NCBI RefSeq assembly: GCF_000281045.1
Contig: NW_008246070.1
Coordinates: 648,954-712,953, forward strand
DNA from: Saprolegnia diclina VS20
Lineage: Eukaryota
DNA: 64,000 nt
Direction of reading: 5' to 3'
Position numbers and translations under genes: made by a program. Under the pieces are notes generated by a model, which worked only from the letters and a program-made list of their open reading frames with translations, did not search any database and was not told where the DNA came from. Below, piece after piece: positions 48,783 to 59,710 of this stretch (position 1 is the stretch's first letter; the number at the start of each line of letters is the position of its first letter).

Positions 48783-50918
48783 ATGCTGTCACCCGTCGCG
48801 CTCTCGACTGCGGCCGTGATCTCGAGCACGATCGCTGCCAGCGTGCTCAGCGCCATCTACCTCCTCTGCCTCAAGCCCGGCAACCGCATCACCGCCCCAG
48901 AGACCTACGCGTCGCCGGACAACAGCGCGCTGCGCCCGGGCCACGGCGCCATCTACCGCGTCAACGACAAGTACCCGACGCCGGCCTTCCCCACGATGAT
49001 TGAGAACCTCGCCAACACGGCGGCCAAGCACCCGGACGTCAACTTTATCGGCCACCGCGAGCTTGACGCCAACGGGAAGGCGGGTCCGTTCGTGTGGGAC
49101 TCGTACGCCAAGGGCTACGGCCGCATCCAAGCACTTGCGTCGGCGCTCGTGCACGAAAACATGATGCCGGCGAGCGAGAGCGGCCAGAAGATGCTGTGCA
49201 TCTACATGCGCAACCGCCCCGAGTGGCTCCTTGCGCAGTACGCGGCGCTGTACGCGGGCGGCTGCATCTCGTGCCTCTACGACACGCTTGGCGCCTCCTC
49301 GGCCAAGTTTATCCTCAACCAAACCGAGGCGCCGACCGTCGTGTGCACGACCGCCGAGCTCAAGCACGTGCTCGAGATCAAGGCGGCGTGCCCCAAGATG
49401 GCCCACATTGTGCTCTGCGACGTGGCGACGGCGGACGCCGCCGACGTCGCGGCGGCCGCGGCCGTCGGCATCAAGCTCTGGACGATGGCCGAGCTCGAGG
49501 CCATCGGCGCACGCCACCTCGTGGCCATGGCGCCAATCCACACGGACGACACGTGCTTCCTCATGTACACGAGCGGTACGACGGGCGACCCGAAGGGCGT
49601 GTGCATCAGCCACAAGAACCTCCTCACGTGCGCGCTGGGCGTCGAGATGCATTTGCGCAAGGGCAAGGCCGCCAACACGTTCAACAACGAAGCGCTGCAC
49701 CTCTCGTACTTGCCGCTGCCCCACATTCTCGAGCAGCTGGTGCACTCGATTGTGATCTCGAAAGGCGGCGCGATCGGGTTTGCCCAGGGCCACACGGCCA
49801 AGATCCCTGATGACCTCTGCACCTTGCGCCCCACGGTCTTTATCACGGTCCCCCGCATGCTCAACAAAATTTACGACACGATCGTCGGCGGCGCGCGCGC
49901 GGCCGGCGGCATGAAGGCGCGCCTCTTTGAGCGCGCGATGCACACGAAGCTTGCCAACATGAAGCGCGGGTACACGTCGCACCCGCTCTACGACAAGCTG
50001 GTCTTTTCCAAGATCCAGGCCAAGCTCGGCCTCGACCGCTGCTGCGCAGTCATCACGGGCTCGGCGCCGCTCGCCGACGACGTCATGGCGTTCTTCCGCA
50101 TCGTGCTCGACTGCCCCGTCGTTGAGGGCTACGGGCAGTCCGAGTGCTGCGGCGCAGTCAACATCACGGACGTGTTTGACCTCTCGACGGGCACGGTCGG
50201 GCCGCCGCTGCCGTCGTGCGAGATGAAGCTCGTGTCGGTGCCCGACATGGGCTACGAAGTGACCGACACGGTGCATGGCGACACCCAGATGCCGGTCAAC
50301 GGCCGCGGCGAAATTTGCTACCGCGGGCCGACCATCTTTACGGGCTACTATAACGACCCGGAGAAGACCAAGGAAGCCGTGGATGACGAGGGCTGGCTGC
50401 ACTCGGGCGACATTGGCGTCTGGACGCTCGACGGCCGACTCAAGATTGTCGACCGCAAGAAGAACATCTTCAAGCTCTCGCAGGGCGAGTACGTCGCCCC
50501 CGAGAAGATTGAAAACATCCTCAAGGTCAACCCGTACGTCGAGCAAATGTTTGCCTACGGCGACTCGCTCCACTCGATGCTCGTGGGCATCGTCGTGCCC
50601 GACAAGCGCGAGCTCGAGACGCTCGCAGCCTCGCTCGGCATGACCGGCACCTTTGAAGAGCTCTGCGCTAACGCGACGCTGACCGCGGCGGTCCAAAAGG
50701 ACATGGCCGCGACCGGCAAGAAGGCCGGCCTCAACGGCTTCGAGACGGTCCGCGCGATCCACTTGCACCACGAGCGCTTCTCGATCGAGAACGACCTCTT
50801 GACGCCGACGTTCAAGCTCAAGCGCAACGACGTCAAGAAGGCCTTTATGCAGCAGATCGACGCGCTCTACGAGAAGAGCGGCGACGTGGTCGCGGGCAAG
50901 AACGTCAAGCAGAATTAA
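48783..50918 (+). CDS. Long-chain acyl-CoA synthetase, copy 1 (intronless)
   Basis: AMP-binding motif YTSGTTGDPKG, EGYGQSE and GWLHSGDIG...IVDRKKNIFKLSQGEYVAPEKIE; N-terminal membrane anchor. Confidence 0.95.
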   Translation: MLSPVALSTAAVISSTIAASVLSAIYLLCLKPGNRITAPETYASPDNSALRPGHGAIYRVNDKYPTPAFPTMIENLANTAAKHPDVNFIGHRELDANGKAGPFVWDSYAKGYGRIQALASALVHENMMPASESGQKMLCIYMRNRPEWLLAQYAALYAGGCISCLYDTLGASSAKFILNQTEAPTVVCTTAELKHVLEIKAACPKMAHIVLCDVATADAADVAAAAAVGIKLWTMAELEAIGARHLVAMAPIHTDDTCFLMYTSGTTGDPKGVCISHKNLLTCALGVEMHLRKGKAANTFNNEALHLSYLPLPHILEQLVHSIVISKGGAIGFAQGHTAKIPDDLCTLRPTVFITVPRMLNKIYDTIVGGARAAGGMKARLFERAMHTKLANMKRGYTSHPLYDKLVFSKIQAKLGLDRCCAVITGSAPLADDVMAFFRIVLDCPVVEGYGQSECCGAVNITDVFDLSTGTVGPPLPSCEMKLVSVPDMGYEVTDTVHGDTQMPVNGRGEICYRGPTIFTGYYNDPEKTKEAVDDEGWLHSGDIGVWTLDGRLKIVDRKKNIFKLSQGEYVAPEKIENILKVNPYVEQMFAYGDSLHSMLVGIVVPDKRELETLAASLGMTGTFEELCANATLTAAVQKDMAATGKKAGLNGFETVRAIHLHHERFSIENDLLTPTFKLKRNDVKKAFMQQIDALYEKSGDVVAGKNVKQN

Positions 50919-51228
50919 GCATCCTTTATTAACTCATATCTAATTTCTCCACGTCGCTTGTTGGTCGACCATTACCGCATCGCCCATGTCCATGTCCGCA
51001 GCACCAACGAGCGGCGGCAAGGTCCCGGCGGCGCCGTGGATGGTGGATAAGCAGGCAGCGAGAGCTCAGTGGCGTCACCGTGCTGCCAGCGTGACGCGAC
51101 CAGCGGCGCAGCCTCCTGGGCACTGGCCACTGGCTCGGCGTGTCGGCGGTCGAAAGCCATATGGCAATCTGGTCATGCACGACAGCCTTTGCTGATTCCG
51201 CACAAGTCGACTTGCACAGAGAACGGCT

Positions 51229-53484
51229 ATGGTGACGACGACGACAACGACGCTCGTGGCGTCGGCAGCGGCCGTCGGCCTCGGCGCGCTCGCGCTTAAT
51301 GCGCTGCTGCCGTCGCCCGAGGTCACGACCCGCCCGAGTGTCTTTTGCGCGCCGGACGAGGCTTCGGCGACGCCCGGGAGCGGCCCCATCTACCGCACGG
51401 CCGCCACGCTGAGCGTCTCGGCGCCGTACGAGACGATGCTCGCAGTCCTCGACGACCAAGTGGCCAAGTATCCGGACGCCAACTTCCTCGGCCACCGACC
51501 GATCGATGCCAACGGCGAGGCCGGCGCGTACGTCTGGGCGTCGTATGCCCAGGTCTATGCGCGCGTCCAAGCCTTTGCGGCCGGCCTTCTCCACGAGAAG
51601 CTCCTCGCGCCGACGCCCGACGGCCTTCGTATGCTCTGCATCTACATGAAGAACTGTCCCAACTGGATCGTCGCCGAGTACGGCGCCTTCTACGGCGGCG
51701 CGACCGTCGTACCACTCTACGACACGCTCGGGTCGTCCTCAACGTCGTTCATCCTCCAGCACACGCACGCAAGCACAGTCGTCTGCTCCCGCAACGAGCT
51801 CATGGCCCTTCTCCGCGTCCGGTCGTCCGTGCCGTCGCTGACGACAATCATTCTCAGCGGCGACGTGACGGCCGACGACGAGGCCAGCGCGCGTGACGCC
51901 GGCGTGCGCCTCACGTCGATGGCCGCGATCGAAGCCATTGGCGCTGCCCACCCTGCACCGCGCGCCCCGCTTAACGCCAGCGCCATGGCCATCCTCATGT
52001 TCGTCGACCTTCTCGATGCATACTCATCCTGATCTAGGTACACGAGCGGCACGACGGGCGACCCGAAGGGCGTACCGCTCACGCACGCCAACATCCTCTT
52101 GTGCTCGTGCTCGAGCGACGCGCGCATCAAGTACCGCAAGTCCAAAGTCGCGCTCGAAGACCACCCGATCCACCTCTCGTACCTGCCGCTGGCGCACATT
52201 GCCGAGCAGCTCGCCAAGACACTCACACTGCGCCACGGCGGGTCCCTCGGATTTTACCAAGGCGACCCGCTCAAGCTTATCGACGACCTCATCGCGCTGC
52301 GCCCGACCATCTTTGCCAGTGTCCCGCGCCTCCTCAACCGCGTGTACGACAAGGTCGTTGGCGCCGGCCTCAGCGCGGGCGGCCTCAAGGGCTGGCTCTT
52401 TGCGACCGCGCTCGCGACCAAGCTCGCCAACGTCGAGCGGGGCATCACGTCGCATTGGCTCTTCGACCGGCTCATTTTTGAAAAGGTACTCTCAGATAGT
52501 ACATCAGTATCCGTCGAGATGCACACGATTGGTGTAGATCCGAGCCAAGCTCGGCCTGGACCGCGTCCAGTTTGTCATCACGGGCTCGGCGCCGCTCTCG
52601 TCGGACGTGGCCTCGTTCTACCGCGTGCTGCTCGACTGCCCCGTCGTCGAGGGCTACGGCCAAACCGAGTGCACGGGCGGCGCAACGGCGTCGGACCCGC
52701 GGGACTTTTCCGCGGGCAACGTCGGCACACCCTTCTCGTGCGTCGAGATGAAGCTCGTGTCGGTGCCGGATATGGGCTACGACGTGACCGACACGGTGCA
52801 TGGCAGCATGGACGTTGCGGGCCGCGGTGAAATTTTCTACCGTGGCGCGACCGTCTTTGGCGGCTACTTCAAGAACCCGGAATTGACCAAAGAAGTGCTT
52901 GACGAGGAGGGTTGGCTGCACTCGGGCGACATTGGCGTCTGGACGCTCGACGGCCGGCTCAAGATTGTCGACCGCAAGAAGAACATCTTCAAGCTCTCGC
53001 AGGGCGAGTACGTCGCCCCGGAGAAGATTGAAAACATCATTGCGTCGAGCGTCTTTGTGAACCAGTCGTTCGTGTACGGCGACAGCTACCACGCCATGGT
53101 GGTCGGTGTTATCGTGCCCGAAGAAACCGAGATCGCCGCGCTCGCAACGTCGCTCGGCATCTCAGGCACGTACAAGGAGCTCTGCGCCCACCCCAAGGTA
53201 TGTGAGGTCCATGTTGCTTCTTTGCTGAGTTGTCTCATGTGTAGATTGTTGCGCACGTCCTGAGCGACATTCAGCGTGTGAGCAAGACGAGTCAGCTGCT
53301 GGGCTTCGAGACGCTCCGTGGGATCGCGCTGCGCCCCGAGCTCTTTACGATTGAGGAAGGCCTCGTGACGCCGTCGCTCAAGCTCAAGCGGCAAGCGGCC
53401 AAGAAGATTTTCGCGGACGTTCTCGATCGTCTCTATGTCGAGACCAAGGACACGGTCGCTGGCAAGCAAATCAAGCAGCAGTAG
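51229..53484 (+). CDS. Long-chain acyl-CoA synthetase, copy 2
   Basis: Same motifs; introns 51999-52037, 52486-52537 and 53198-53244 restore the reading frame. Confidence 0.93.
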
Positions 53485-54373
53485 GCTCGCATAGGATGAC
53501 AGCATAAGAAGCTCGTCTCGTGATGTACAAATATGTCGCGAAGACTTTGCTGCCGTAATACGAGTGGCCGAGAGGTACGGGAATCGGGCGGCGCCGAGAA
53601 CGAACGCTTGCTGCGACAAGAGGCTTGGGACCCGTAGACCAGCTGTGATCGACCAGTCGTGTGACTCGAATTAGCTATAAATTGCGCTAAAGTGAGAGTT
53701 AAAATGTGCGGTTTGAACACGATTCCGAACCCTTGGAGTTGATTTTGGCGGTGCAAGATCGCGAATGGACCAATCACAGTGCATTGTGTATACAGCTGCT
53801 CGAATCAGATCACAGTATAGATCTGGGGGAAGCTCTGGCCATTGCCACGCAATAGACTTGGTACTTGTAGCAGCGCCGACCAAGTGCGCAGATTTCATTC
53901 AGACACAACGAAGGCCGGCACCATGGGGCTCAGCAATGTGCTAGCGTGTTCCACGGGCATTAGTAAATTACTCTGCACGCTCAAGTCGTACTGCGTCGGT
54001 AGTAAGAGTCCGAGCTTTTTCCACGTGATCTGTTCTACAGCTACACAGCAGTGGCGAAACGAGTTTGTGTTGATCGTAAGACTGCGAAATCGAGCCTGCT
54101 GCCATCAGTGTACGTACGGCTTGGTCAAGCCGTACGTACACTGATGGCAGCAGGCTCGATTTAGGACGCTGCGCACTGGACGCTGCGGGGGACTGTGGCG
54201 AAGACAGACTCTGATTGGTCCGAAATGCGACATTGCACCTTTTTGACCAATCAAAGGCCGGACATGGCACAACCTCCGAGGACAGATCCTTGAACCAGTT
54301 GGACAACGGCTTCAACTGAAGCCGGAAATAGGACCTCCTCATCAAAGGCAACTTTCACATCTCGTTCGTCGTC

Positions 54374-56693
54374 ATGACCGACAGCGCCGGCTCCTTCCTC
54401 CTCCAGAGCAGCGTCCTCCTCGGCGTCGCTGGCCTCGCCTACACGCACCTGACATCGCGCGGCGACGTCGTCGCGCCGCCCGCCTCTTACTCGCAGCCCG
54501 ACGACGCGACGGCCAAGCCTGGCCATGGACCCGTGTATCGCGACGGGCAGTTTCCCAAGCTCGATGTGCCTACGACGCTGGCGCAATTGCACGAAACAAC
54601 AGCCAAGCACCCGAAGCTCAACTTTCTCGGCCACCGCCCGATCGACGCCGACAGCAACGCCGGCCCGTACGAGTGGCAGTCGTACGAACAGGTATCCTCT
54701 TGACTCGCCTCTCGCTTCCGATCTATAGCGTTACGTAGGTCTACGCCCGCGTTCAGAACTTTGCGTCTGGCCTCGCGCACGAGGGCCTCGTAGCGCCGAC
54801 GGCCGATGGGCACAAAATGCTCAGCATCTACATGCGCAACCGACCGGAGTGGGTCATTGCGCAGTTTGCAGCCTTTTACGCGCACGGCTTTATCGCGCCA
54901 CTGTACGACTCGCTCGGCGCCGACTCGACCGAGTACATCCTCAACCAAACGCTCGTGCCGTCGGTCGTGTGCACGCGCAACGAGCTGCCATCGCTCGTCG
55001 CGCGCAAGCCGCAGGTCGCCACGCTGCGTCATGTGATCTTGTGCGACACGACGTCGCTGTCGCCCGACGATGTAGCGTCGGCGTCGGCGGTCGGCCTCAC
55101 GCTCTGGACGATGACGGGGCTTGAAGCCATTGGCGCTGCCCACCCGCTGCCGGGACTACCACCCCTTGTGACGTCCGACACGGCCGTCCTCATGTAGGCG
55201 CAAACTGTGAGATTGTCGCGGTTACCAAGGTGATGGTGTAGGTACACGAGCGGCACGACGGGCGACCCGAAAGGTGTGCTGCTCACGCACGGCAACCTCC
55301 TCTCGGCGGCCATTGGCGTCGAAGAGCGTATTCTCCATGGCCAGGCGCTCGAGACGATGAACAACTTTCCGATTTACTTTTCGTATCTGCCGCTGCCCCA
55401 CGTGTTTGAGCAGCTCGCGCAGTTGGCTGTCGTCCAGTACGCTGGCAGCGTCGGCTTCTTCCAGGGCAACCCACTGCGCATCGTGGACGACCTCACGACG
55501 CTTCGACCGACGGCGTTTGCGTCCGTGCCGCGGCTGCTCAATAAGATTTACGACAAGATTGTCGGCGGTGCTCTCGCGGCCGGTGGTATCAAGGCGTGGC
55601 TCTTCCAGCGCGCACTGGACGCCAAGCTCGCGAACCTCCCGCTCGGTATTACGTCGCACCCGATCTACGACCCGCTCATTTTCTCCAAGGTATATTTGCA
55701 TGGTTTAGGACTTGAGTCATGTGATGTCGACTAGATCAAGGCCAAGATTGGGTTTGACCGCCTCGGCTACATGCTCTGCGGGTCGGCGCCGTTGTCGCAG
55801 GACGTCATGGCGTTCTTCCAAGTGCTTTTGGGTGTGCCCATCTTTGAAGGTTATGGGCAAAGCGAGTGCTGCGGCGCGTCCAACGTGACGGACATTGCCG
55901 ACTTTACCGGTGGCACAGTCGGCGCGCCGCTCTCGTCGGCCGAAATCAAGCTCGTCTCGGTGCCAGACATGGGGTACGACCACCGATAGCGCCTTGAAGT
56001 GTGCTGACGACAACCTGTAGGTACAATGTGAAGGACACGGTGCACGGCCTCAACGACCAGCAAATCCCCGTGAATGGCCGCGGCGAAATTTGCTACCGCG
56101 GCCCGAGCGTCTTTCAGGGGTATTTCAAGAACCCGACAATGACAAAGGAAGTGCTCGACGAGGACGGCTGGCTGCACTCGGGCGACATTGGCGTCTGGAC
56201 GCTCGACGGTCGCCTCAAGATTGTCGACCGCAAGAAGAACATCTTCAAGCTCTCGCAGGGCGAGTACGTCGCCCCCGAGAAGATTGAAAACGTCATCAAG
56301 GGCAGCGTCTACATCAACCAGTCGTTTGTCTATGGCGACTCGCTCCACTCGGTGCTCATCGCGATCATTGTGCCCGAAGAAGCCGAGATTACCCGTCTCG
56401 CAGCGACCTTGAATGTAACCGGCACGTTTGCCGAGCTCTGCGCCCATCCTGCCATCAACGACGCGGTCCTTCAAGACATTGTGGCCGTCGGGAAGAAGGG
56501 AAAGCTCCACGGGTTCGAACTCATCAAGGCGCTGCTGCTGCACCCAGAGCCGTTTACTATTGAAAACAACCTCGCGACCCCAACGTTCAAGGTCAAGCGC
56601 AACGAAGTCAAAAAGGTGTTTGGCACCGAGATCCAGGCGCTGTATGCCAAGACGGGCGACGTTGTTGCGGGCAAAAACGTGAGCCAACAGTAG
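54374..56693 (+). CDS. Long-chain acyl-CoA synthetase, copy 3
   Basis: Same motifs; introns 54692-54738, 55194-55241, 55690-55734 and 55974-56020. Confidence 0.93.
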
Positions 56694-57098
56694 AAATTGA
56701 TGAAAAATACAGCAGACATTGATGAAAATACTAGTAGTTGCATTTTGCGGATATATGTCGATATTTTGCATATTCACTGGCATCTCGGCAATGTCGTTGT
56801 CGACGTCCTTTCCAAACTGGTGGCAAAACGAAGAACATGTTGTCCGCTAAGTTGGTCGTGTAGTTGAATGAGATGACTTGGTGAAATAAACTCATATCAT
56901 CACCGCAACAATACTGCTCGATGCAAGGACGTGGGTCGGGCGATGCTGCGACGTCTGCCGCATCTGCATGATCGTAGCATGTACTGTTTCCAGCCCCAAA
57001 AAGCGGCAACTCGTTACAAGATCAGACATCACACTGTGTCATTTATGGCTCGTCACTACCCAGATCCGAGTCGATCGAGAGGGCCCCGACCAAGTGCC

Positions 57099-58886
57099 TT
57101 ACCAGTGTAGCGGTGTCTCGTGGCCGACACGCTGGATGTTGGGGACGCTGGGGCAAGCGGCGATAAGCGTCTCGGTCAGCTCCGTCCAAAGCTCCTTGTT
57201 CTGCTCCAAGGCCGCGATCTCCGTATAATCTGCGCGAGTCGGGAGGCGCTTGGGAAACGATGGGACGAGCTCGAACAAGCGTGGCAGTGTCGTCAGTTGG
57301 CGGTCGGGCCTCCGTGCAGCGTCTGAGCGCCCAACGCTCGCACCCATCGCGCGGATCGGTGGAACGTCGGGCGGGCTGCGGAGGATACGTTGATGCGGTC
57401 TCTCGGGACTCGGAGCATGCTGCGGCGGCCGCTCGGGACTTGTGATAACAACGTCTTCATCGACGTCGTGAGCAATTTTCAACTTGACGAGCGCTTCAAG
57501 CAGCGATGGCTCGAGGTACGAGACGGCGTCCTCGTCTTCGTTTGCGACGGTAGGGCTGGAGGCGTCGAGGCCGCCTTTGTTGAAGCCATTTTTGATCGCG
57601 TTTTTCGAGAGCGAGTCCCACGTGCTTTGCACCCACGCGGCGAGCTCGATGCGGTGGGGCGGCGCAAGGACAAACGCGGTCGCTGGCGTGTGGTTAGCGA
57701 CTTGGCCGCGGAGACTGTCGATCCAAATGCGGCGAAGGCGGTTGGTCAGCGTGTTCTTCCACACAACGTCGGCGGGCGGCGCGGGATGGAGGACCACGTT
57801 GATGGAGTCGGCATACGCTTGCACGTCCGAGGTCCAGTGTGCGTCCCAGAGAAGCAGCACTTTCGAGCTCAAATGCGCGCGACGGCCAAAGTGGAATCGG
57901 AGAAACGCGAGCGAGAGGTCGCTGTTCCAACTAGCCGTCGGGTTACCGTAGACGACACCGCCAGTCTCTTCTTGGATGATCTGCACGTTGCCCCACTCGG
58001 TCGTGTCAAACCCTTGGCGCACGTCAGGGCGATTCTCAGCGACCGACTTCATGACGAGGAAGAGGGGGTATTTGTGGCCGTCTGCATCCCCGAGCAGCAT
58101 GGCCGTGATGCGGTCCCTCTCCGAGCCACCGCACCGGACCCACGTAGTCACCGACCCCGCCGGCTTTGGGATGTATTCGTAGTTGATGCCTACAAGGTAT
58201 AGAATGGCCTTGCGACTACAAAGACTTGGTCGTCCTCTGAAGAGCGACCAAACTGCACCTGTCTGTTCGGCGCGGTAGATCTTGGTGATCTTGTGCTGTA
58301 GGCAGAGGGCGTCCATCTCGCGTTGAAGCGTGGATTCGCACTCGTCGACGAGGTCACTGCGCGTCGTCAACAGGAGGTCGTGCTCTCGGAGGAAGCGTTC
58401 GAGCCACGTGTACGACGCGCTAAAGCCGGCCGAGACGCCGTGGTCGCAAGCGACTTCGACTGCCTTGAGGCGAATCATTTGCCGCGAGACGGGGACGCCA
58501 CCCCCGCGCAGGTCCAAGACCCACAATTTGATCTGGTTCTCGGCCTCGGCTGGCAGGACCTTGCCGAGACCCTCACACCTGTAGTTGCGCTGACCTCGAT
58601 ACTTGGGATGGCCTGCGAAGAACGTGATCTGCGAGCGCTGCCGGTTGGCCCACGACGAGATCTTCTTTCGAACAGCTTCGCGCTCTTTCGGCGTGAAGGC
58701 GGGAAAGAACTTGTCGATGGTTTGGCTCATCGAGCCGCACTTGTCGAGGAACGCGATGACGTCATACTTCTCTTCGTACGTGTGTGACGCGCTCACCACC
58801 GCTCTCTTGGGCCTCTTCTTGGAATTCTTGATTGACGGCCGGCCCGCCGGGTTGCTGGAGGGCCGCTTCGGTGCCGGCGCCATCAC
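57099..58886 (-). mobile_element. Pogo/Tigger (CENP-B-like HTH plus DDE_1) transposase-derived gene with degenerate catalytic core
   Basis: HTH region E..IKLWV.DLR..GVPVS..MI..KA....FSAS..WL..F...H; DDE-region motifs IYRAEQTG, RITAMLLGD..G.KYP, LLLWD and PAD. Probable in-frame intron 58190-58258. No terminal inverted repeats found by eye. Confidence 0.8.
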
Positions 58887-59637
58887 TCGGAATGCAATGA
58901 CGCTCGTGGCTGATAGGATTCATTTTTAGAGGTTTATCCGGCTGTCCATGGTCCATGGATGGACTGGCGATGAACAAACCTCCGCTGTCTTGTCCTTGCG
59001 TTACTGAGCCTTGCTTCTTGCTTCCTCTCCAACTCGTCGATGGCTTGCCGAGTACTATAGCCTGTCGCTCCCAACGCCGTCATCCAAGTCACGCACACGC
59101 GCGAAAACCTGCGCGACCAAAAGCTCGTCCTGAGGATGAACCCAAGTCTCCATCATTCGTGTGGCCTCTCCACGACCATGGGCATGTTCACTCGAATAGC
59201 ACTACGGTCCTATCGCTAATACACACTATACCTAGTATTAGTTCCGGTACAGAGATCGCACACAGCCCATGCCCCGTCGCATGACGATGAGCGGTTGGTC
59301 AGCGCCCTTCAACTTGCCTGCGTCCGTAGTGTACTCTTCAACGTGGTCGTGGAATCCAGTGTACGAAGACGGTCGTTGCCGGGGCTTTGTGTCGCTGCAC
59401 GTGACGTCTTGTCAAGACAGCAAACTCGTCTTGCGTCATAACCGCGACGTGTCATAACCGCGAGGTGCTCGTTTACTGTATGCTGACGCAGACGCGACAC
59501 GAGGGCCACCCGCGGCGTCGGCGACGTCCGAGCTATCCCTGGGTGACCTCACCACGCGTTGTGTTCACGAAGGCGCGCGTTTCCGTCATCCTGCCGCCAG
59601 AAAGCGCGCGCCCCGCCAAAAGATCGTCATTCTCGCG

Positions 59638-59662
59638 ATGACGTCATTGCGTGACGTCACGC
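59638..59662. promoter_or_regulatory. Tandem CRE-like (TGACGTCA) palindromes upstream of acyl-CoA synthetase copy 4
   Basis: ATGACGTCAT at 59638-59647 and GCGTGACGTCACGC at 59649-59662, about 20 bp upstream of an Inr-like motif. Confidence 0.5.
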
Positions 59663-59710
59663 GATCCAGGGCTGGGAAAGGTCATTTCCCATCTGGCCAC
59701 CCCTTGCAGC

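Noticed and set aside
48789..50771. 660-aa antisense ORF opposite synthetase copy 1
   Set aside because: It is a shadow ORF expected from strong GC3 codon bias and has no recognisable motifs.
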